DNA of 22,510 nt from Octopus sinensis. Lineage: Eukaryota. Of the stretch, positions 9,953 through 21,487 are shown in pieces. A program made the position numbers and the translations under genes. The notes beneath the pieces were generated by a model that saw only the letters and a list, made by a program, of their open reading frames with translations, was not told the origin of the DNA and did no database searches. Numbering within the stretch: position 1 is the stretch's first letter; the number at the start of each line of letters is the position of its first letter. Location of the stretch: assembly GCF_006345805.1 (NCBI RefSeq), contig NW_021836928.1:1-22510 (forward strand), in the 5' to 3' direction.

Positions 9953-10753
9953 CTATTCTTTTATTCTTATATTCTTTTATTCTTTTATTCTTTTTCTTTT
10001 ATTTGTTTCAGTCATTTGACTGCGGCCATGCTGGAGCACCGCCTTTCTCTCTTGCCGAACCGCTAAGTGACGGGGACGTAAACACACCTGCATCGGTTGT
10101 CAGGCAATGTTGGGTGGACAACACAGATACACAACATATACACACACCACACACACACACCAAACACAACAAACAAACACACACACACACACCACACACA
10201 CACACACACCACACACACACACACCACACACATATATATATATATATATATAATATATACTAAGCAATAAGGGTTTAGCAACGAATTGCCTTACCACATA
10301 CCGAATTTAGAAATAGCAGTCAAAGAGTTATAGCTATTTCTTCTACTAAAAAGGGAGATCTCAGTAAAAAACAGCGCTGTTTTTACTGAGATCTCCCTTT
10401 TTAGTAGAAGAAATAGCTATACTCTTTGACTGCTATTTCTAAATTCGGTATGTGGTAAGCAATTCGTTGCTAAACCCTTTATTGCTTAGTATTACTTAAA
10501 TTTTCCTCGAATGAGGCTTTTACATGCCGAAGACTACTTGGTGTAATTGATAATTATTCCAAATTAATTAATTTCACCCTTCATTATTACGGATAACTAT
10601 ATATATATATATCTATATATATATATATATATATATACACGACGGGCTTCTTTCAGTTTCCGTCTACCAGATCCACTCACAAGGCTTTGATCGGCCCGAG
10701 GCTATAGTAGAAGACACTTGCAGTGGGACTGAACCCGGAACCATGTGGTTGGG
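9953..10753 (-). mobile_element. SINE family B (head, internal microsatellite, tail), interrupted by an insertion at about 10257-10600
   Basis: Head at 10640-10753 with B-box-like ggttcagtccc on minus. Internal (CA)/(TA) tracts. Tail part at about 9995-10135 ends in tandem (tattcttt)n at about 9953-10000. The linkage of the two parts is inferred. Confidence 0.7.
10257..10492. repeat. 236-bp spacer-less palindrome (arms of 119 and 117 nt)
   Basis: Centre agc|gct at 10375/10376. The arms differ by only four single-base homopolymer-length indels and no substitutions. Confidence 0.95.
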
Positions 10754-10873
10754 CATTTAATTTAAAAATTCTAATTTTACAGACATATCTTGCAAACTTT
10801 TTTCCCCGACTGTATTTCTGGATTTTAGGGAATATTGAAAGTTAACGAGGAAATTGCATATTTAGGTGTAATC

Positions 10874-11160
10874 GCATGCTATCGGTTACGGGGACGTGGG
10901 TTCCATTTGATCCGATTAACAGAATAGCCTGCTCGTGAATTTAACGTCAAAGTGGTTGAGCACTCCACAGACACGCGTCCCTTTAACGTAGGTCTCTGGG
11001 AGATTCAAGGTGACACAGGATATGTCGAGGCTAGCTCCTCTGAAATACTCGTTTTTGCCAAATGAGTGAACGGGAGCAACGAGAAATAATGCGCTGTGAT
11101 GAACTGAACTCATGACCCTACGATCGAAAGCCGAATAATATAGCCACGAAGCCAAGCAAC
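10874..11160 (-). mobile_element. tRNA-derived SINE family C, diverged copy
   Basis: Reverse complement aligns by eye with 9504-9812 (e.g. gtgctcaaccactttgacgttaaattcacgagcagg, cgtaaccga). Confidence 0.8.
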
Positions 11161-11194
11161 GACTCTCACCAACAATAATATAATAAAATAAATG

Positions 11195-11620
11195 GGATCT
11201 TTTCGGTTTGAACGTCTGTTTTCTCTAGCGGTGTCATATGAAATTGTCACCCATAATTATAACCCTAGTATCGATCTATTACATTTCAATCTGTTTTAGG
11301 GTTAGGGGTGGGGGGAAGGGTATCTTTTTTTCTTCACAAATGTAAATAAACCCAATCTGTTTCTTAAACGAGGGACAAGGGACATATTCATACGGCACAG
11401 AATTTCTTTACCTCAATAGACGTCATTGATTGGTTGATTGGTTGAAATTGCAGAAATTGAAGAAAAAATAACAACAAATATCTTACAAACCATAGAATTT
11501 TCTCAATAAAGCCAAGAGCAAAAAATATCTTATAAACACATTCTACCAGTATACGAAGTTTAAAAGTGTTTAGTTACGTGGAAATTATTTTTTAAACTGC
11601 CGTTCAAACCGAAAAGATCC
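11195..11620. mobile_element. MITE / non-autonomous DNA transposon, 426 bp, with 8-bp TSD
   Basis: TIR ggatcttttcggtttgaacg is perfect for 20 bp (25 of 27). TSD aataaatg at 11187-11194 and 11621-11628. No coding capacity. Confidence 0.9.
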
Positions 11621-11899
11621 AATAAATGCGTGATTGTCATATCCCACCATCGAGAAAAAATGATATGCTTTCTCTTTATGGAGGTTTACAGAAGAGTCTT
11701 GAGTCGCTGTTTTGATCCCCCAGTCAGGTGATAGCGTTGACTCGCTAAGCGACAAAGGAGATTAGTGGAAAGAGGAGATAGGAATCGGACAGGCGATTAT
11801 CATATCTGTACGGTGTGGGTTCAATACAGCTGTTACGTATTTAAAGAAGTATTTCATAAAATTCAGTCTTTGTTTAATTGCCTACGTGTGTGTGTGTGT

Positions 11900-12430
11900 C
11901 TGAGAGCACGTGTACATAGGTACGTATGTGAGTGCATGTAAAAATACTTCATTCAGATATGCATGTGGGAGAGAGAAAGAGTTAGAGAGAGAGAGAGAGA
12001 GAGACGGAGACAGAGATAGAGAGACAAGGAGTGTGTGTGTGTGAGTGAGTGTGGTGTGTGTTGTGTGTGTGTGTGTGTTTCTGAGTGCACGTGTACATAG
12101 GTACGTATGTGAGTGCATGTAAAAATACTTCATTCAGCAACGCAGATATGCATGTGGGAGAGAGAAAGAGTTAGAGAGAGAGAGAGAGAGAGAAAGAGGA
12201 AGAGATAGAGGCGGAGACAGAGATAGAGAGACAAGAAGCGTGTGTGTGTGTGAGTGTGTGTGTGTGTGTGTGTGTTCTGAGTGCACGTGTACACAGGTAC
12301 GTATGTGAGTGCATGTAAAAATACTTCATTCAGATAGGCATGTGGGAGAGAGAAAGAGTTAGAGAGAGAGAGAGAGAGAGAGAGACGGAGACAGAGATAG
12401 AGAGACAAGGAGTGTATGTGTGTGAGTGGG
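11900..12430. repeat. Three-copy tandem repeat of a ~180-195-bp composite unit
   Basis: Units start at 11900, 12081 and 12277. Each has gcacgtgtacayaggtacgtatgtgagtgcatgtaaaaatacttcattcag followed by (AG)n and (TG)n. Confidence 0.9.
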
Positions 12431-12599
12431 TATAATATTCTATAGAGAAATGTGTATATCCTTATTTAATAAGAATGTATCGTATTCCTGTTTTTCATTT
12501 TTTTCCTCGACAGTTTGCAAAACGATACACCAAAGAGTAATTCTTGGCACATTTTAAGAAAATAGGAATATTTCACTGCGTATTCCTCCACAAATTCTA

Positions 12600-12733
12600 T
12601 ACACATGCATTCATACATACATACATACACACACATACACACACATGCATACATAGATGCATACATACACACATGCATAAATGCACGCACAAACACTTAC
12701 AGACACACGCAAACATATATATACATACGTATG

Positions 12734-12785
<52 letters not shown>

Positions 12786-13048
12786 TATATGTATGCGTGT
12801 ATATGTGTGTATATATATATCTATATACATATATAGATGTGTGTGTGTATATATATACATATATATTATATGTATATATATATATATGTGTGTGTGTTGT
12901 ATACACACCCACACACACATATATATATATAATATATATATATATTATATGTATATAGATACTAGATATATATACATTATATATATATATATATATGTAT
13001 ATATATGTATATATATATGATATGTATATATATATATATATATATTAG

Positions 13049-13087
<39 letters not shown>

Positions 13088-13135
13088 TATATAATACACA
13101 CATAGATATATATATTACACTCACATATATGCATG
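12600..13135. repeat. Compound (TACA)/(CA)/(TA)n microsatellite region
   Basis: Directly visible. Confidence 0.9.
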
Positions 13136-13344
13136 TATGTAAGTCTGCAAATGTGTTTGTGTGTGTATGCATGCTTGCGTAGAAGTATAGATTAGATAGA
13201 CAGACGTATGAAAACGTATAAGGACTGCATAAAAATTATTCTAGCAAATATAAGAAAAGAACCGCAAGCGCTCAGAAACCATCAGAAATGTATTATTAAT
13301 AAGAATTGTTTACCTGTTCGATAATATTTTAGCATCATCATGAT

Positions 13345-13383
13345 TATTATTATTATTGTCCTTATTTTATTATTATTATTATA

Positions 13384-13459
<76 letters not shown>

Positions 13460-13953
13460 GTTATTATTATTATTTTTATTGTTATTATTATTATCATCCT
13501 CATCATCATCATCATCATTGTTGTTGTTATTGTTGATGTTATTAAAACTGATTAAATTTTCTTACAAGAACAGAGAAGATGAAGACGAAAAAGAAGGAGA
13601 AAAAGAAGAAGAAGAAGAAGAAGAAGAAGAAGAAGAAGAAGAAGAAGAAAGAAGAAGAAGAAGAAGAAGAAGAAGAAGAAGAAGAAGAAAAAGAAGAAGA
13701 AGAAGAATGAGAAGAAGATGAAGGTGAAGAAGAAGAAAGAGGAGAAGAGGATGGGAAGGAGATGATGGTGGAGTTAGTGTAGGTATTGGTGGGAGGAAGA
13801 ATGTTTTGTTTCAACGTTCGAATATGGAAAGAAGAAAATAGAAAAAAGAAAAAAGCAAAGAAAAGAATATTATGACAAAAAGCAGCATTAAATATTAAAG
13901 GAAAAAATTTTAAAGGGAAGAAGAAAATGTTTCGCGATATCATCATCATCATT

Positions 13954-13986
<33 letters not shown>

Positions 13987-14703
13987 GTTATCATAATCAT
14001 CGTCATCACCATCATCGTCATCATCATCATCATCGTCATTTTTGTCCTCGACATCATCATCGTTATCATCGTTATCATCGTCGTCGTCATCATCATCAAC
14101 GTCATCATCATCATCATCATCATTAACAACATCATCAGCATCATCGTCATCATCATCAAGAACATCATCATCGTTGTTATCATTGTCATCATCATCTTCA
14201 TCATCATCAGAGCAGCAGCAGCATCTACTTTATTATCATCATCACCACCGCAAAACCCCAACACCGAAACATAGCCTTCACCACGACGACCTCTACAACG
14301 ATCTTCATCATCATCATCTTCGTCACCATCACCGGTAGCCATCACCTTAACAATAACCATCCTCATCACCGCTACCATCTAAAATATGAACGTCATCACC
14401 GTCATCACCACCACCATTATAACCACCAGAGCCATAAAATCCATCACTGCTGTCACAATCTCACCCCGCCCTGCCCCACCAACATCAACATCATCAGCAT
14501 CATCGTCATCATCATGATCATCATGATCATCATGATTATCATCATCATGATCATCATTATCGTCATCATCGTCGTCGTCATCATCATGATCATCATCATC
14601 ATCGTAATCATCTTCATCGTCGACATCACCATCATCGCCAGCGTCATCACGAATATTATCACCGTTGTGGTCATCATCGTCGTCGTCTTCACCATCATCA
14701 TCG

Positions 14704-14762
<59 letters not shown>

Positions 14763-14822
14763 GACGTCGTCGTCGTCGTCGTCGTCGTCGTCATCCTCAT
14801 CGTCATCGTCGTCGTCATCGTC
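13345..14822. repeat. Series of trinucleotide tracts: (ATT)n, (GAA)n, (ATC)n/(GTC)n
   Basis: (ATT)n at about 13345-13495, (GAA)n at about 13575-13740, (ATC)/(GTC)n at about 13940-14822, with short AT-rich spacers. Confidence 0.9.
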
Positions 14823-15074
14823 ATGGTATTGCTAATATTGCGGCGGGTTATGTTGTTGCTGTTATTTTCAAGTTGTAATTCGATCGATCGATCGATCTTC
14901 GTGGATATTTACCATCGTCAATAAATACTTTACAACTAGTTTCAACCAACTGAATAATAATAAAATATGTTTCTAACACAAACGTTTCAACTGTTTTTCT
15001 TTTGTCTTCATTTTGTAGGATAATAATTTCTTACACAACATGGCTTACAAACACATTCAAAATGTGTATACGTG

Positions 15075-16265
15075 TGTATGAATAGTTGTTTACATGTATG
15101 TATGTATGTATGTATATATAAGTATGTATATATGTATAAATGTATGTATGTATATATGTATGTATGTATGAATGTGTGTATGTATGTATGTATGTATGTA
15201 TGTATGTATGTATGCAAGCATGTATGTATGAATGTATGTATGTATATATGTATGTATGTATGTATATATGTATGTATGTATAAATGTATGTATGTATGTA
15301 TGTATGTATGTATGTATGTATGTATGTATGTATGAATGCATGCATGTATGTATGAATGTATGTATGTATATATGTATGTATGTATGTATATATGTATGTA
15401 TGTATAAATGTATGTATGAATGTATGTATATATGTATGTGTATGATATATGTATGTATGTATAAATGTATGTATTCTGTTATATGTATGATGCATGCATG
15501 TATGTATGAATGTATGTATGTATGTATGTATGTATGTGTGTAGTATGAATGCATGCATGTATGTATATGAATGTATGTATATATATGTATGTATGTATAT
15601 ATGTATGTATGTAAAATGTATGTATGAATGTATGTATGTATATATGTATTATGTATGTATATATGTATGTATGTATAAATGTATGTATGTATGTATGTAT
15701 GTATGTATGAATGCATGCATGTATGTATGAATGTATGTATGTATGTATGTATGTATGTATGTATGTATGTATGAATGCATGCATGTATGTATGAATGTAT
15801 GTATGTATATATGTATGTATGTATATATGTATGTATGTATAAATGTATGTATGAATGTATGTATGTATATATGTATGTATGTATGTATATATGTATGTAT
15901 GTATAAATGTATGTATGTATGTATGTATGTATGAATGCATGCATGTATGTATGAATGTATGTATGTATGTATGTATGCATGTATGAATGCATGCATGTAT
16001 GTATGAATGTATGTATGTATGTATGTATGTATGTATGTATGTATGTATGTATGAATGCATGCATGTATGTATGAATGTATGTATGTATATATGTATGTAT
16101 GTATGTATGTAAGTATGTATGTATGTATGTATGTATGTATGTATGTATGTATGTATTGTATGTATGTATGTATGTATGTATGTATGTATATATGTATGTA
16201 TGTATGTATAAATGTATGTATTAATGTATGTATGTATGTATGTATGTATGTATGTATTGTATGTA
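15075..16265. repeat. ~1.2-kb (ATGT)n tetranucleotide array with recurring variant blocks
   Basis: Recurrent gaatgcatgcatgtatgtatgaatg, gtatatatg and gtataaatg interruptions. Confidence 0.95.
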
Positions 16266-16384
16266 TGATAGATGAGTGTCTCCGCCTAGCTGAATGAATA
16301 TGAATATTTTTTCGTGGAGAAGATTTGAACATCACTGTATTCCGGTGCGATTCCGCATGTGAACCCATCGATGAATGCATGCGT

Positions 16385-16390
16385 TTGTGT

Positions 16391-16456
<66 letters not shown>

Positions 16457-16577
16457 ATGCGTGTGTGATTTCTTAGTCACAATCACCCTCAATCACATAT
16501 TTTGAATGGATTTTCTTTGTCTGGAATCATCTTTGTCCGTTTGCTTGTTTGAAGGTAGTCGGTAGTTAGGTGTGTCC

Positions 16578-16620
<43 letters not shown>

Positions 16621-16665
16621 CGTGCGTGTGTGTGTGTGTGCGTGTATGCGTGTGCGTGTGTGTGC
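16385..16665. repeat. (TG)n(AG)n and (TG)n/(CGTG)n microsatellites
   Basis: About 16385-16455 and 16580-16665, with unique sequence between. Confidence 0.85.
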
Positions 16666-17062
16666 TTCTGTGTTCCTGCTTCCTAATTATCTCAATGTTC
16701 GGTTTCAATAGATTCCTAATCAAAGCATTCATAAAGGAGAATAAGATTCGGCAAATTAAAGATGAAAAACAAACGGGGGAGTGTACACAAAGGAATAAAC
16801 GGCGGCAGGTGGCTGTTCACGGAGCTGGAGTCATTTCTGTCAATCAAAGCAAATCCCTTTGGTATGTGACAGACTGGTGCAGGTATGTAAAAGGCATGGG
16901 CTTGGTTAATGACTGATAGGTAGAGGTGTAGGATCGGTGGGGGTTAGGTTTGATGTTGAAAAATATTTCTTCGTATAACCACTTTTATTTTATCTGCCTT
17001 ACACACATAGTGACATGCACACATATACACACAAACACAGATAGCAAACACAAACACACTCA

Positions 17063-18147
17063 CGGAATTTGAACTCAGAACGTGAAGACGGACGAAATGT
17101 CACTAAGCATTTTGTCCGGCGTGCTAACGATTCTGCAATCCTTTCTACTAAAGGAACAAGGCCTTGAAAATTTGAGGAAGGAACTAATCGATTACATTGA
17201 TGCATAATTTATCAATCCGGAAAACGATAAAAACTGAAATCGCCCTCAGCGGAAGTTGAACTCAGAACGTAATGACGGACGAATTGCCGCTATACATTTT
17301 GCCTGACGTGCTAACGATTCTGACAGTTCGCTATTTAATAACGGTTTCAAATTTTTGCTCAGGACTAGTAGTTTTTCAAGGCAGAGCGCTGGTCGATTTT
17401 CTCGACGCCAGTCCTCAACCGGTACTTATTTTATCGACCTCGTAAGACGGAATGGCAAAGTCGACCTCGGAAGAGGTAAAGGTTGACGAAATGTCGCTAA
17501 GCATTATTCTGTCCGGTATGCTAACGATTCTGCCAGCTAGCCACCAATAAAATTTCTTTCTGTTAGGGGTTTAAGACCTGAAATTTTAAGAGAAGGTTCT
17601 ACTCGATTTCATTAACCGCAATCTTCAATTGGTAATTATCTTATCGACTCAGAAAAGATGAAAAACAAAGCGGACATCGGCGGAGTTTGAACTCAAACCG
17701 TAATTTAAACTGACACATCGCTGCCTAGCGTTTTGTTCGGCGCGCTAACGTTTCTGCCAGCACGCCGCCAATAAATTTCTTTGTATCACAGGTTTAAGAC
17801 CTCAAATTTTAAGAGAAGGGGGCTAATCTATTCCATTGATTTCGTTAATCGATTTCGATTCCGAAAGCATAAAATGAGAAGTCGACATCAGCAGGATTGA
17901 ACTCAGAAAAAAAGTATTTAAAAAATAAAAACAGAAGTAATACAGCCTAATTAGACACAAGGCCACAAATATTAGGTCGGTAAGGTCAATAGATTCTATG
18001 GATCAAATTATATGTCTGCTTTTCATTTTATAAAAACCTGAAAGGTGTAAAATATATTTATATTTGATAATGGCTGAATTTGAACCGTGAACGTAAAGGA
18101 ACCGAACACTGTAGGTATCTTGTGCAAGGCACTAGATGGCTCTGTCA
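17063..18147 (-). mobile_element. Head-to-tail array of about six diverged SINE family A copies
   Basis: Approximate copies: 17063-17137, 17138-17331, 17343-17545, 17553-17769, 17775-17908 and a very degenerate one at 17950-18147. Most retain tgaactca (B box on minus) and/or gctaacgwttctg. Confidence 0.8.
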
Positions 18148-18159
18148 ATATATATTCAC

Positions 18160-18308
18160 ATACATACACATACACACACACAAGCACATACACATAGACA
18201 CACACTGACACACATACACACACGCACATATAATATGTATATATATATATATATTATATGTGTGTGTGTGCGTATTTATATATGTATATGTGAGTATATA
18301 TGCATGTA

Positions 18309-18364
<56 letters not shown>

Positions 18365-18372
18365 TTATACGT
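18160..18372. repeat. (CA)/(TA)/(TG) microsatellite block
   Basis: Directly visible. Confidence 0.9.
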
Positions 18373-19324
18373 ACGTAAAGAAAAGAAGCGAGATACAATT
18401 ATGTATCTGCTTTTTCTAAACCGACTGGGTATAATATATAATTCTCGTGTTAGCGCTTGTGTTGAGATGCCAGGATGCTTTAAAGAATCAAGTAGCTCTT
18501 GTGCGAAACACAATTATCTGTTCTATAACGAACACAGAATTCTACGCTTAACGATGTTCTGCTCTAAGGTGAGATTTCTTTATCAAAGCTGACAGTCGAC
18601 ATCTTTTCATTTCGACCAAAAAGCACTTCTTCAAAGTATTGTTTTCTCATTCTCAAGCAATCCATCAGATTTATTGCTAGCCTAACAAGCAAAACAAGCA
18701 AAACAACATTCTACTTTCTCCTTTAACATGTCTCTCTGTTTCTGCCATTAATTTTTGTGTTTCACACAACACTTTTCCTTTTTTTTCCCCTTTTCTCTAT
18801 CTTTCAGCTTATTGCTTTCATTCTGTGCTTGTCTCTAACTCGCTCTCTCCATATATATATATAATATATATACGTGTGTATACATGAATGTATTTTTCCC
18901 CATTGCATTCACAATCAAATGTATATATGATATTAAGTCTTACTCGCTAAGCTTCTACATCCATTCATGACATCTGCTTACTTGTCTGTTTTACACCTTC
19001 AATATTCTTTTTACCAGTGAGTTTGGCCTTTGATTAAGGATGCTTCTGGTAAATATAAGAGTTTGTTTGAAGAATTCGGTGGCAAGAGAATAATGACAAA
19101 AGACGAGTAAGTTGATTTGGAAATAAACGAATGAAAAAAAATATATAAAAACAGAAAATAAAAATCACGAACATAACAGTGTAAACGTATTCATACATAT
19201 ACACACAAACATACGTAGAAACATTTATACATATATACATACATAATATAAATGTACACATTAAGATACACACACATATATATACACACAATTATTTATA
19301 CATATATATATATAAATATATAAT

Positions 19325-19359
<35 letters not shown>

Positions 19360-19406
19360 GTCATTTATACTTACGTATTCTTATCTATATACGCACACAT
19401 ATGTAC

Positions 19407-19471
19407 GAAAGTGAAAGTGAAACTAGAATGACTGTAAGCTAACTGAATGAGAGCTGTTGCCGGAATTCCGG
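19407..19471. promoter_or_regulatory. Possible TF-site cluster: triple IRF/PRDM1-type GAAA repeat plus a 12-bp palindrome
   Basis: GAAAGTGAAAGTGAAACT at 19407-19424 and CCGGAATTCCGG at 19460-19471. Motif match only. Confidence 0.2.
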
Positions 19472-19994
19472 TTAGTAGAAAATTAGAAAGAAAATTGACA
19501 AAAGCATCAAGGGAAATAACGTAAAGAATACAGAAGGGAGGGCGTGAGAAGGGAAAACCAAATTTGAAAGAAATTGTCTAGTTTCATTTAAATAGAGCAC
19601 AAGCAATCACACACTTCAATTCCTTACTATGAATCTTCTAGCATTCTTGCCTGATTTGTCTTTTTTTATATCATGTTAAATATAATTGCTTTTTTCTTCT
19701 ATTTTCTTCATTTCATCTTATTTTTTCTGAGAATTTATTTGTTTGTACGTTTTGCTGCTGTTGTTGTTGTTGTTAGTTGTTTGTGTCTTGTTTCTTCCTG
19801 GTTGTTAATATTTGTTATTTATTTCTAATTTTGGTTTATTTCATTCTTATTTTATTTTATTTTATTTTATTTTATTTTATTCTATTTTCTAATTTCACTT
19901 CTATTTCCATTTCATTTATTTTTCGCGCACTTCCAGTAAAGTAACATTGAAATTTTATTGATCTGGCGACACTCTCAGAATTAACGAGCCTATG

Positions 19995-20181
19995 ACACAC
20001 ACACACACACATACACACAGAGTCATGTATACACCACACATGCACAACAGAACACCTATCTGTATATACATACATATACATATATATACATATATATGTA
20101 TATATATATTGTATATATATATAATATTATATATATATATACACATATATACATATATGTATATATATACATATATACATA

Positions 20182-20239
<58 letters not shown>

Positions 20240-20385
20240 CATAAATGCATGCATAATATACATTTATGCATAATCTATATAAGTATTTATATATATAAGT
20301 ACATATGAAAGTACATATGAAGGAATATATGTGTTCGTGTGCGTATGTATGTATATAGATAGATAAACAGATAGATAGTTACAAT

Positions 20386-20423
<38 letters not shown>

Positions 20424-20585
20424 GTAATATATATATATATATATATAATATATATATGTATATATATATATATATGTGTGGGTGTGTGTGTGTGTGTATA
20501 CATATATATATGTCATACATATGTATATATGTAAGCATGTTTTATACGTACGGAGCATTCACGTACGTTCGTATGTATGTATAAA
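19995..20585. repeat. Compound (CA)/(TA)/(TG) microsatellite region
   Basis: Directly visible. Confidence 0.9.
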
Positions 20586-21127
20586 TGAATGAAAGGTGCG
20601 TATGTACGTTGTGAGTGCATTTCGTTCATTAAGATGGGCTTTTGTAAGCTGACAAACGTATTGTCATAAACGTCTTTCTAAGACGAAGAAGAGATGAGGC
20701 GGATATAAAAGAATTTTATTTACTTTGACTCGCTGGCCTAAAGACAGCACCAGGCACGAGACAGGTCAGACACATCACACGTTTTGGCTTTGTATTGCGA
20801 ACACATATGGCGATGAAAACGGACAACAAATGCCATACACAAACGTATACATACAGATATGCATACATGTATACATGCATGCATACATTCATACATACGT
20901 ACATCTATTTATCTATCTATCTCTACATATATTATACTTCACATGTGTGTACATGTAGTTATGTGTGGCAGTTTGTATACCAATTTTTTATGTTCTGATG
21001 TTACCACCTTGTTTTCTCTATCGTTATTGTTATTCTTCTTGTTATTATTGGTGTGTATTATTGTCTTCTTTCCAACAGTGACAAAATATTGGAAACTTTA
21101 TTATTTTCAAGTCTTCCAATAAGAACT

Positions 21128-21132
21128 ATCTT

Positions 21133-21220
<88 letters not shown>

Positions 21221-21231
21221 CCTATATACAT

Positions 21232-21273
<42 letters not shown>
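21128..21273. repeat. (CTAT)n followed by (TA)n
   Basis: Directly visible. Confidence 0.95.
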
Positions 21274-21276
<3 letters not shown>

Positions 21277-21407
21277 TTCCAACCACAAGGTCCCGTGTTC
21301 CGTTCCAGTGCGTGGCACATTGGGTAAATGTGTCTTTACTATAATCTCGGCCCGGCCAAAGCCCTGTGAATAGATTTGGTGGAGGAAACTTAAAGAAGCC
21401 CGTCGTA
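21274..21407 (+). mobile_element. SINE family B head, 5'-clipped and diverged
   Basis: ccaaccacaaggtcccg...aaagaagcccgtcgta is the reverse-complement equivalent of 10640-10753 and runs into a TA/TG tract. Confidence 0.8.
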
Positions 21408-21445
21408 TATATAAATGTGTATGAGTGGTGTGGGTATGTATATGC

Positions 21446-21487
<42 letters not shown>

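Noticed and set aside
11296-11307. (TTAGGG)2 as an interstitial telomere
   Set aside because: Only two units, and they lie inside the MITE.
11724-11765. Possible terminal exon SGDSVDSLSDKGD* after ccccCAG
   Set aside because: Too short, weak acceptor, no supporting gene context.
11900-12430. Regularly spaced repeats as a CRISPR array
   Set aside because: The spacers are microsatellites, the units are far too long, the context is eukaryotic and there are no cas genes.
12513-12541. Possible microexon after tttttcctcgacAG ending at aga|GTAATT
   Set aside because: Weak donor and about 23 nt; expected by chance in AT-rich DNA.
14880-14897. (GATC)4 palindromic run
   Set aside because: An ordinary short tetranucleotide slippage in a repeat-dense region.
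20704-20711. TATAAAAG as a promoter TATA box
   Set aside because: Common by chance in AT-rich sequence; no supported downstream gene.
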